The translations under genes and the position numbers were made by a program. Shown one piece after another: positions 1 to 16,069 of a stretch of DNA of 64,000 bases. Position 1 is the first letter of the stretch, and the number at the start of each line of letters is the position of its first letter. The notes below the pieces were generated by a model. The model did not search any database. It was given only the letters and a program-made list of their open reading frames with translations, and was not told the origin of the DNA. The stretch is from the human T2T-CHM13v2.0 reference genome, Homo sapiens: the NCBI RefSeq assembly GCF_009914755.1, contig NC_060941.1. One strand, written 5' to 3'.

Positions 1-364
1 CAAAAGACCCCAGGCCTGGGTATCCCAATTCCACTTAGGCTGGCAGCCTTTTGCCAGACTAAGAAATCAAAAAGGTTTGCAGCACCAAAGTGAGCCAGTG
101 GTGTTTTCTCTCACTCATCCCAGCACTCCAACCTTAGCCTCAGATCTCACAGCTCTAAAGAGAGGAAAGATCACGCCGAGAAACCAAAGCCAAGAGCTCG
201 AAAACGTCTGGCAGTTCTGGGAAGGACTAGTCCAGACCCCCCTCTCGGCCCTGGACAGAAGATGAGGCATCCACAGAGACCACACCTTCAGTCCCCCTGA
301 CTACTGTGCCCCCAGGACTGCAACTGGCTGCGGGGTCCTAGGAGATGGTTAACCAGGAATCTCG

Positions 365-946
<582 letters not shown>

Positions 947-2238
947 CTACCCCAGAAGCGGGGAGCAGCTCAGAAAAAGCTAATGAGAAAATACCAGGGT
1001 CATGTTGTTTGAACTGGACAAGAAAGAAAAAGCATAGAGGAAAAAAAAAAAAAGTCATCTTAATTCATGGAAAAATACATGGCCTTGCCAACAGTCAAAG
1101 AAAAGTAAAACTGAAACTATAATTATATACCCATTAAGCAAACAAATTAAGTAAAAATGGAGATTCCAGAACAAGTTCACGCTGCTGATAACCACATAAA
1201 GTGGTCCGGTCTTTCTGGAAAGCACTTCGGCACTGCAGAGCAATTACAAAAAGTTTTTAATTCCACTCTTGGAAAAAGCTAAAAGGGCTTCTTTACAAAT
1301 TGTGATTAATTCCCCAAAGATTATGTTAGCCCAAGATGATACCCTTCCCTCTATTCCCCCACCTGACCCCCAGCATTTAGCAGCAGCATTTAGCTTCTGA
1401 CATGCATTCCTTGAAAACGGTCACAAATGGCAGAAGATACCATCTTATTTATGCAACCCCCCTCAAAAAAAAAAACCTTTGTACTTAGATATAAATATAT
1501 ATAAATACTTAGAGATGCACAGAATATGGTTTGGTTTTCTTTCTTTTCTTTTTTTTGAGACAGAGTCTTGCTCTGTCACCCAGGCTGTAGTGCAATGGCA
1601 CAATCTTGGCTCACTGCAACATCCCCCTCCCGTGTTCAAGCGATTCTCCTGCCTCAGCCTCCCAAGGAGGTGGGATTACAGGCGCCTGCCACAACGCCAG
1701 GCTAATTTTTGCATTTTTAGTAGAGACAGGGTGTCACCATGTTGGGCAAGCTGGTCTCGAACTCCTGACCTCAGGTGATCCACCCACCTCGGCCTCCCAA
1801 AGTGCCCGGCTCAGAATATGGGTTTGGAAAGATACACGTTAAACCAGGTCATCTCAGCCTCTGAGGAAGAGCATTGAATGAAGCAAGGTTGCGACAAAGG
1901 CAAATTTTCACTTTTTACTGATTTCACTATGAGAAATGTACCTATTACTCATGTACTTTACAAAATTTGCTCCCACTAATAAAAAAACAAAGCAAGTCAA
2001 CCGAAGTTGGGAATTGTCAATTTAGGTGCATCCTCCTGAACTCTGCTATTAGGACGACGATGCTTCCTGAAGTGATTAAGTTTCCCTAAGCCAGGCACAG
2101 TGGCACATGCCCTTAGTCCCAGCTACTGCAGATCACTTGAGCTCAGGAGTTCAAGTCCAGCCTGGGTAACAAGGTGAGACCCCAGTCTCCAAAAGTAAAA
2201 GTTAAAAAATTTTAATAGCCAGGTGCAGTGGAGGCTCA

Positions 2239-2328
<90 letters not shown>

Positions 2329-2532
2329 CTACTAAAAATGCAAAAATTAGCTGGGCATGGTGGCGGGTGCCTGTAGTTCCAGCTACTCGGGGGGCTGAGG
2401 CAGGAGAATCGCTTGAACCCAGGAGGCGGAGTTTGCAGTAAGCCGAGATCATGCTACTGCACCCCAGCCTGGGCGAAAGAGCGAGACTCTGTCTCAAAAA
2501 ACAAACAAAGAAAAACAAAACAAAACAAACAA

Positions 2533-3538
2533 AAATTAATAAAATGAAAGTTTCCCTTGATTCCATATACTGAATCTGTTCCTAGTTCAAGTAATGGTAA
2601 AATTCTGGTGCCATTATAATATAATTATGACTAGAAGACCCAGAAAATCTTAACCAAATACCCCTCCTTGTAAATGTATTAGAGATGTGCACAGAATAAT
2701 GCAGTAGTGCAGATTATTTAAGACTGCAGGAGGCCGGGCGTGGCGGCTCACGCCTGGAATCCCAGCACTTTGGGAAGCCGAGGTGAGCGGATCACTTGAA
2801 GTCGGGAGTTCAAGACCAGCCTGGTCAACATGGTGAAACCCAGTCTCTACTAAAAATACAAAAATTAGTTTGGTGTGGTGGCATGCACCTGCAGTCCCAG
2901 CTACTCAGGAAGCTGAGGCATGAGAATCGATTGAACCTGGGAGGCGGAGGTTGCAGTGAGCCGAGATCATGCTACTGCACTCCAGCCTGGGAGAAAGAGC
3001 AAGACTCTATCTCAAATAAATAAATAAATAAATAAATTAATAAAATGAAAGTTTCCCTTGATTCCATATACTGAATCTGTTCCTAGTTCAAGTAATGGTA
3101 AAATTCTGGTGCCATTATAATATAATTATGACTAGAAGACCCAGAAAATCTTAACCAAAAACCCCTCCTTGTAAATGTATTAGAGATGTGCACAGAATAA
3201 TGCAGTAGTGCAGATTATTTAAGACAGCAGGAGGCCGGGCGTGGCAACTCACGCCTGGAATCCCAGCACTTTGGGAAGCCGAGGTGAGCGGATCACTTGA
3301 AGTCGGGAGTTCAAGACCAGCCTGGCCGACATGGTGAAACCCCATCTCTACTAAAAATACAAAAGTTAGTTGGGCGTGGCGGCATGCACCTGCAGTCCCA
3401 GCTAATTAGGAAGCTGAGGCATGAGAATCGATTGAACCCAGAAGGCGGAGGTTGCAATGAGCCGAGATCGCACCACTGCACTCCAGCATGAACGAGAGCG
3501 AGACCCTGTCTCAAAAAAACAAAACAAAACAAAAAAAA
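2533..3538 (+). repeat. Tandem duplication of a 501-bp unit (unique ~195 bp plus an Alu)
   Basis: 2541-2731 and 3042-3232 are nearly identical; the two Alus share private substitutions. Confidence 0.95.
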
Positions 3539-3875
3539 CTGCTGTTCCCTCCAATAACTGCATCCAAAGTTCAGCGGGTCCCAGCTCAGTCCTTTTCTGG
3601 GTAGCAGAGTGGCCCTATGGCATGACTCACTGTTCTTGGATCTATGCAAGCTCTACCATTTCCTGTCCCAGGCAGAGGGTGAAAAGGAAATGAGAAAGGC
3701 CTAGCACCTAAAAGGCAGCTTGTAGAAGAAAGACCGGCTGGGAAAGTACCCCATGTGCTTTCTGTTCTCCTTTGCCCTGGTACAGGATAGTGAGTGCAGA
3801 TTCGAATAACCTGTTTCTCTCATGATACCATCTGAACTTTGGAGGGATGAAACCAATGAAACCAAGCAGGTGTGA

Positions 3876-4250
<375 letters not shown>

Positions 4251-4253
4251 TGA

Positions 4254-4514
<261 letters not shown>

Positions 4515-5139
4515 TAGTTCCTGATGTAGTTCCCCCGATTACAGCTGCCTTGCTCTAACGCCAATTGGATCAGCACGACTCAGTAAGTCAATAACAAACA
4601 GGCTTCCCAGTGACGATGGAAGTGGGGTCTTATTTGCAATTTTAAAAAGTATAAAAAGCAGGGGCTTTTATATAATATGAAAACTTGGACACAACTCCTG
4701 AGCACAACAGGAAAATAAGTAAGCAAACTTACCTGTGTGTTTTCCCTCAAAGGCAAATTCCACTGAAACAACCCAAGAGTTACAAGGAAGGGGAAAAGCC
4801 TGTGGCAGCATTGGAAAACAGAGAACAATATCATCAAGTGACCGATAGCACAGACGGATTTCTGAACGAAATGAAGATGATGGAATCAGATCAACAGGGA
4901 AGCAGATGGTGCCCAACAGCCTAGTGATGTAACACTGGCAAGGTACGGGGCTCCATGAGAGGTGAATGGGCTGCTCCAACCAAGCCCTAGAAACTACCCA
5001 AAGGCAGAGCAGCCGGGGCTGGGATAACAGGCAGGTGTGAGGCAGGCAGAGGAGGGCCAGAAAAGCCCTCCCATTACAACCAGGTACACGGTTTACTTCT
5101 CAGAGCTCTCCACGTCCTAGTCAAAGAAGTAAGGGTAGC

Positions 5140-7195
<2,056 letters not shown>

Positions 7196-7231
7196 CCAGA
7201 TTAAAGGCACTACTGCAAAGAAAAGTGTAAA

Positions 7232-7241
7232 TTTATTTAAT
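7232..7241 (-). terminator. ITGAE: ITGAE polyadenylation signal (overlapping ATTAAA/AATAAA)
   Basis: Minus strand reads ATTAAATAAA about 190 nt after the stop codon. Confidence 0.8.
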
Positions 7242-7432
7242 ACCAAATGTTTCCTAAGTTTACTTTTTGCACAATGCACAGACACTTTTGGGACAATGTA
7301 TGGTTAAAAACTAATATTCTACCAACAGCTCCATGCTGCTCTAGATCATCCTGAAGGAAAAAGTAATGCAAAGGATGCTGGGTCTCCAAGTCCCAGGACT
7401 GGCTGATAGCCTCTCCCAGTGGATAGCAGGTC

Positions 7433-7528
7433 CTAATTCTCTTCTTCGAGCAGATTCTCTGATTTCAGCTGGGCCTTCCTGATGCTCTCCAAGTTCAGTT
7501 GTTGATATTTTCTTTTAAAAAAGCCACA
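7433..7528 (-). CDS. ITGAE: ITGAE exon 31 coding part (cytoplasmic tail CGFFKRKY...EEEN*)
   Basis: Integrin-alpha GFFKR motif; AG acceptor at 7529-7530; TAG stop at 7433-7435. Confidence 0.98.
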   Translation of the reverse strand, partial: CGFFKRKYQQLNLESIRKAQLKSENLLEEEN

Positions 7529-8917
7529 CTGAAACAAAGGAAGGAAAAGTCCAGTTACAGGCCAAAGATAGCCATCTGTTTCAGAAAACCGGCATTCTGG
7601 CTGTTGCCTAAATAGCCCCTATATTCCTCTGCTTCTCATACTTACTACTCCCTTCTCCTAACTTACTCTGAATCTCTCCTGGAGAGTCCAATCCTTCAAG
7701 ACCTCTGGTGCTCATCCCTCAATCAGAACTGACTCCACCTTCCTCTGAACCCTGCTCTCCCGAGCAGCTGAACCTTTTTAACTTATTTTGCAAAGCATGA
7801 TAATTTCGGCTGTACTGGATCTAATCTTATTTATGCAAAAATACTCAGTATAGCCTATGATGCTGAAGACAGAAGGAGATCAAGTACAGCTTCCTACATC
7901 AAGCTCATCATCTAGTAGGAAAAAGAGATAATTACAACACAGTGTGATGACTGCCATTTGGAAGGGTTTCTAGAAGGGAGCTCACAGCAAACACACAGAA
8001 GCCAGCACAGAGGACTCAGGAGTCTCTAGACCGCTTTCAGGGAAGACAGTGAGTGAAGTGAGCAGTCATGGAGGGCATTCCTGACAAGAAAAGCAGCCTA
8101 CGCGTACGCAGAGGCACGAACCTATTTAGGGAATAGTTTGACTTGTTGGGAGAAAAAAGCAAGGTCAGGTGCTTATGCCTGTAACCCCACCACTTCGGGA
8201 GGCCAAGATGAGAAGATGGCTCGAGCCCCGGAGTTTGAGACCAGCCTGGGCAATATAGGGAGACCTCATCTCCACAAAATTAAAATTAAAAAATTAGCTG
8301 GGTGTGGTGGCATGCACCTGAGTAACAGTCCCAGTTACTCAGGAGACTAAGATGGGAGGATCACCTGAGCCTAGGAGTACGAGGCTGCAGTGAGCCCTTA
8401 ACTGTGCCACTGAGCTCCAGCTTGGGGGACAAAGACCCTGGTGTTTATTTTTAAAAAAGAGGCTGGGAGTGGTGGTTCATGACTGTAATCCCAGAACTTT
8501 GGGAGGCCGAGGCGGGAGGATCACAAGGTCAGGAGTTTGAGACCAGCCTGGCCAATATGGTGAAACCCCGTCTCTACTAAAAATACAAAACAATTAGCCA
8601 GGCATGGTGGCACATTCCTGTAATCCCAGCTACTCAGGAGGCTGAGGCAGGAGAATCTCTTGAACCCGGGGTCAGGGTGGGGGGAAGGGAAGGTTGCAGT
8701 GAGCCGAGATCGCACCACCGCACTCAAGCCTGGGCGAAAGAGCGGAACTCCGTCTCAAAAAAAAAAAAGAAAAAAAAGCAACACTTAAGGGCAGAGACGG
8801 GTAGCGGACAGAGAGGAGAGGATCTTAAATAGCAGTAGAAGAGTTTGCACATTAAGACAGGGGAAGGCAAGGAAAAGATTTCAACAGGGGAACAACAGTC
8901 ACATCTGTTTTAACGCC

Positions 8918-9047
8918 TTACCGTTAAGGCCTCTTCCAAGTAAGTTATAAATGCTGGCCTAGGGTTGACCTTCCAGGCCCTATTGAACTCACAGGTAACC
9001 GAACATAACAGTATTAAGTTCTGGGCCTTGAGAATAGGGAGGTACCA
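8918..9047. repeat. Diverged direct repeat, copy 1 (partner at 10281-10414)
   Basis: Shared identical blocks TAAGTTATAAATGCTGG and TTGAGAATAGGGAGGTACCA. Confidence 0.9.
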
Positions 9048-9273
9048 AAGAAATATATATAAAATCACTCTTTATAACTCAGAGTTTTCTCTTTTCAGAC
9101 AGATACTGTTTTACTCATTTGTCTAAATGGGGGTGTGCAGTTGAAGGAGGAGAAAAAAGTGGCCACGAGGCCAGGGCAGCTGCTCTAAGTCAGAGGTTGG
9201 CTGTCCTAAGGAGTTCTGTGCCCAAAACTAGAGCCCAGTCTTCCCTCACTGTGATGCCATGAGTAGAACTGAC

Positions 9274-9384
9274 CTTGAACAGGATGACCAGAATCACGAT
9301 CAACACCAGAAGTCCACCAACGCTGCCTTTAATGATGATAGGCAAAGAATGGTACTTCTCATCTTTCAGGAAGACGACAGTGAT
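9274..9384 (-). CDS. ITGAE: ITGAE exon 30 (transmembrane; ITVVFLKDEK...VILVILFK)
   Basis: 111 nt, AG/GT bounded, hydrophobic helix, phase 0-0. Confidence 0.97.
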
Positions 9385-10280
9385 CTAGACAAGACAAAGA
9401 GATCGCCCAATAAATCAGGTGAAGCAAACAAGGAAAAAATCCTACATGTTATTTTAAGGAGCAAAATACGAGGACTTGGCAACAACCCGTGTATTGATCA
9501 AAGCTGATGACAGTAAAGCAAAAAGCTAGATATTCCCTGATGCAGCATTTTAGATCATCTAAAACTATCCAATCACCCAAATACTTCGTAAGAAACTATT
9601 CTGGCCCCTTATCTAGAAGGGCTAGGTCTGTCAGGAGATTATGACCTTCTGTTAAAGATGCTCTGACAGCTTGAAAGAGGGTCCCACGGAATCCGGTCTC
9701 AACACAGGACTGTGAGGCTGTCACGCCGCTACACTGCTCTATGTCCCTGAGCCCCGTGCCTATGCTCTTTAAAATGATGACTTCCTTTAAATGATCTCCA
9801 AGTCCTTTCCAACTCCGTTCTGACGGCTCTTTTTGATCTTGCACAGATCCCTAAAGGCTTTGGTAATACACTTTCCCCACATAAAATATGACAAAAGTAC
9901 TGGTCTTCCCCTCACCAGACTAAAAAGTGTGTATTACCTAAGGGACATAATAAATGCAAATTATATCCATGTGTACTACTTGCAGAGCTCAGCTATTAGA
10001 AGTCATCCGCAGGTTTTGTTTTCCAAAGGCTCTCCCAATTTCGGGAGTCTAATCTCTCTTCTGGCAGGGCTCAGCTAGAAAGTTCAGGAGATGTCCTTCC
10101 TGAGACCCAGGTATGGCCCTTCCAAGTTGTGGCCAGAGGAAGTTCCCAGGACTTAGGTGGGGCCAGAGAGCCAACAAGACTTCTCTGCCTGCCCAGAGCA
10201 ACCCTTCACGTGTATGTTTAAGCACCAAGGTCAGGGGTGCTTTGGAGAGGTTTCTGTACGGGGTGAAGGGCTGGACAAAC

Positions 10281-10414
10281 TTACCTTTAAGGCCTCTTCC
10301 AATTAAGTTATAAATGCTGGTTGACCTAAAGTTGACCTTCCAGTCCTATTTAGCTCATAGGTAGCTGAACTAAATAGGAGTGAAGTCCTAGGCTTTGAGA
10401 ATAGGGAGGTACCA
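10281..10414. repeat. Diverged direct repeat, copy 2
   Basis: Colinear with 8918-9047. Confidence 0.9.
10322..10338 (-). promoter_or_regulatory. Perfect DR5 nuclear-receptor motif AGGTCA-acttt-AGGTCA (candidate RARE)
   Basis: Plus strand TGACCTaaagtTGACCT. Motif match only; function not shown. Confidence 0.45.
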
Positions 10415-10679
10415 TAGCAACAAAGAGGGAGGAAGAACAGAAAGAGGGCTGGAATATTCTACAGGAGAAGGAGGGGGACTCAAGACCCTGGGTTTGGGAA
10501 GTGAAAGGAAGTCCCAAGGTGACTCGGGAAACAGGCCAGATGTGAGTAGAAGAAATGTCCCTATTTCTCAAAGCCACCTCCCTTTATCTTCTTCTAAACC
10601 CACAGATTCCCAAAAGTGCCCCAAAGATGCCCAAGTAGAGGTTAAGGGAGAAGCAAGGCACCGGGTACTACTGTTTGCA

Positions 10680-11170
10680 GCAAACACGGATGCTGGCCTG
10701 CCCAGGGGCCCCTCTCTCCTTTTGGATTTTATTCAGGAATCATCGTTGGTCTCAGGTGATCATGACACAGCTATTCTCCTTTGCCAGTGACTGACATGAG
10801 ATTCAGATCTCACTAATAAGATGTAAGAGGATGTCTCCTGGGAGCTTTTGGAAACTGTTTCATCCCTGAAAAGGGAAGGCACATGAAGAAAAATCCAACA
10901 TCCTTTTGCTACTGACTTCTTGCTTCCTGTTTTGTATCCTGCCATGTGAAAATACAGCATTTGGAGATGTGGCAACTTTGTGCTGGCCATGAAGGAATGC
11001 GTCCCCCACACGGCAGAGTACAAGGACCAAAGAAGCCAGGCCATCGCCCCAGGCCGGCCTCCCTCACTGGATAAACAGCATATGCCCTTATGCTGCATGA
11101 GCTGGATTTTCCCTTTCTTGTGGCTGAAATGCATTTGGATACAGTTTGTTTATACTCATAGAGTCACTGT
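10680..11170 (+). mobile_element. MLT1-family (MaLR) LTR relic
   Basis: Resembles recalled MLT1 consensus segments. Confidence 0.5.
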
Positions 11171-11474
11171 AAGTCAGGGGCTTATTGTCAGGAACTACTT
11201 AACACTTTGCTTAGGATATTGGATTTAAAGAAAGGAATTTTGGGGAATCCATGCTATAGAAATAAAAGTATCAGTAAGTAAGAGGGGGAAACATACAAAT
11301 TTAAAATGTGCACATAAGAAACTTAATAGTAACTCCTCCCTGCTGGGGGCATGGGAAGGGAGAAATGAAGGAACAATTATTTTTCATTTGGTACCATTCT
11401 CTGTATGGCTTGGATTTTCTTGCTATTATTTTTATTTGTTAAAATCTGGGCAGTGCAATAATGGGGCACTTCTA

Positions 11475-11871
<397 letters not shown>

Positions 11872-12303
11872 TTAAAAATAAAAGGAAATGTTATATTGGC
11901 ATGTCTAGAGAATTGCTCCTTTCTCCTCCTCCAGGGAGGAAAACAGAGGACCTTATATTTAGCAATCCAGCATCACTCTCCTGACATTCCCTCTAGTAGA
12001 GAATCATGCCTAACTAAAGAGCTCAGAGCTCACAGATAGATCACCTCTGAAGCCATGTCCAGGCAAGGGTCAACAAGAATGAAAACACAGGGTAACACAC
12101 AAAGCATTCAGTCCACAAATCACAGGCATCAGTCTGACTTCTAGTCATACTTTTGCAAAAAGAATTCCAAGAGTTCCAGTATCTAGTCTAAATCTTATAA
12201 AAGATTTATGCATTCCTGAGTACTGTTTAATACTATAACTAAACACTGATACAGCACACTAAGACAGTTACTGGATACAAAAAACAATTTCTCACTTAGG
12301 TAA

Positions 12304-12531
<228 letters not shown>

Positions 12532-12893
12532 TGAACTTCTGACCTCAGGTGATCCACCTGTCTCGGCCTCCCAAAGTGCTAGGATTACAGGCGTGAGCCA
12601 CCTGCGCCCAGCTGCGAAATTTTTTTTTTTAATCAATCCATTTTCAAATCAAAGTATATACTGCAGATTCCAGCCTAGTTATTTCAACTCAGAACTCCTC
12701 AGCTTAGGCCTCTTAATTGCCTTATTTCATAAGAAGCTGACTCACTCAAAGGTCACAAAGGCAGCGATGGCAGAGCCAAGATCAGAAGTGTTAAGGCTGA
12801 AAACAGGAAGAGGGCAACAGAATGTCTGTGGAGGTGCTCAAAGGTTAGGCACAATTTTCCTTGGGCACTACTCAGAAGCCAGCCAGGAATTAC

Positions 12894-12989
12894 CTTAGTT
12901 CTGTGGTTCTCTGCATTCAGTCCCTCATATAGAGATTTGTTGAAAGATATTTCACCAAGGATCTGCAGTTCAGTTACATCTTTTAGTAA
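12894..12989 (-). CDS. ITGAE: ITGAE exon 29 (LLKDVTEL...NHRTK)
   Basis: 96 nt, AG/GT bounded, in frame with neighbouring exons. Confidence 0.96.
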
Positions 12990-13799
12990 CTAGAAGATGG
13001 GGAAAGGAATGAGGGAAACAAAACATATTTTAGACATGAACTCACTGTGTTTGAACAGCCTTCACCACCTTTCCCTTTAAAGGTATTCCTGGGCTTAGTT
13101 AATGGCCCTAACGTACACAACACTACATAAAGTTACCCAAACAAGACATCTGCAGTTATTCTTCAACTTCCTTTTTTTTTTTTTTTGAGATGGAGTTTCG
13201 CTCTTTCGCCCAGGCTGGAGTGAAGTGGTGCGATCTCGGCTCACTGCAACCTCCACCCCGTCAGGTTCAAGCGATTCTCCTGCCTTAGCCTCCCGAGTAG
13301 CTGGAATTATGGGCATGTGCCACCATGCCAGGCTAATTTTTGTATTTTTAGTAGAGATGGGGTTTTGCCATGTTGGCCAGGCTTGTCTCGAACTCCTGAC
13401 CTCAGATGATCTACCCACCTCGGCCTCCCAAAGTGCTGGGATTACAGGCGTGAGCTGCCGCGCCTGGCCTTTTCTTCAACTTCTTTTCCCTTGTGCCATC
13501 CAAAGTCAGTTCTTGACTGACTGACTTATTTTTGAGACAGGATCTCGCTCTGTCACCCATGCTGGAGTGCAATGGCATGATCATGGGTCACTATAGCCTC
13601 AACCTTCCAGGCTCAAGTGATCCTCCCACCTCAGTCTCCTGAGTAGCTGAGACCACAGGTGCACCCCACCACACTGGGCTAATTTTTGTATTTTTTGTAG
13701 AGATGGGGTTTTACCATGTTGCCCAGGCTGGTCTCAAACTCCTGGGCTCAAGCAATCCACCCACCTTAGCCTCCCACAGTGCTGAGATTACAGGCATGA

Positions 13800-14078
<279 letters not shown>

Positions 14079-14335
14079 TGATCTTGAACTCCTGGCCTCA
14101 AGCAATCCTCCCGCCTCAGCCTCCCAAAGTGTTGGGATGACAGATGTGAGCCACCACACTCACAATTCTTTTTTTTTAAATTATTTCTTGTATCTGTCCC
14201 TTTCTTTTCCACCCCCATTGCTACTTCTTCAGTTGAGACCTCACAAATGTCACCTGGATCACTGTAAAACATTAAACTTGATCACTTGATCACTAGTTCC
14301 CACTTTAGAATAAGTGATCAGGGAAGGCCTCTCTA

Positions 14336-15865
<1,530 letters not shown>

Positions 15866-15875
15866 TCTCAAACAC

Positions 15876-15971
15876 CTCCTCAGAGTGATCCCAGGAGATC
15901 TCTGCAGCCACGGTGACATTTTCTTTATCTGAAGCGATGACACAGCTCACTGAATGCCATTCTTCCACATG
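15876..15971 (-). CDS. ITGAE: ITGAE exon 28 (HVEEWHSV...DHSEE)
   Basis: 96 nt, AG/GT bounded. Confidence 0.96.
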
Positions 15972-16069
15972 CTGGAAAAGCGAGGTCTAGTGAACACAAT
16001 TCCTTTCCGTGCGGAAAGTCTGAAATCTTTTTAACACTTCGGACACAGAGCATCGTAAGGTCCCAGAAT

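Noticed and set aside
4685-4924. 79-aa ORF in unique sequence downstream of ITGAE
   Set aside because: Non-ATG start, no recognisable homology and no supporting exon structure.
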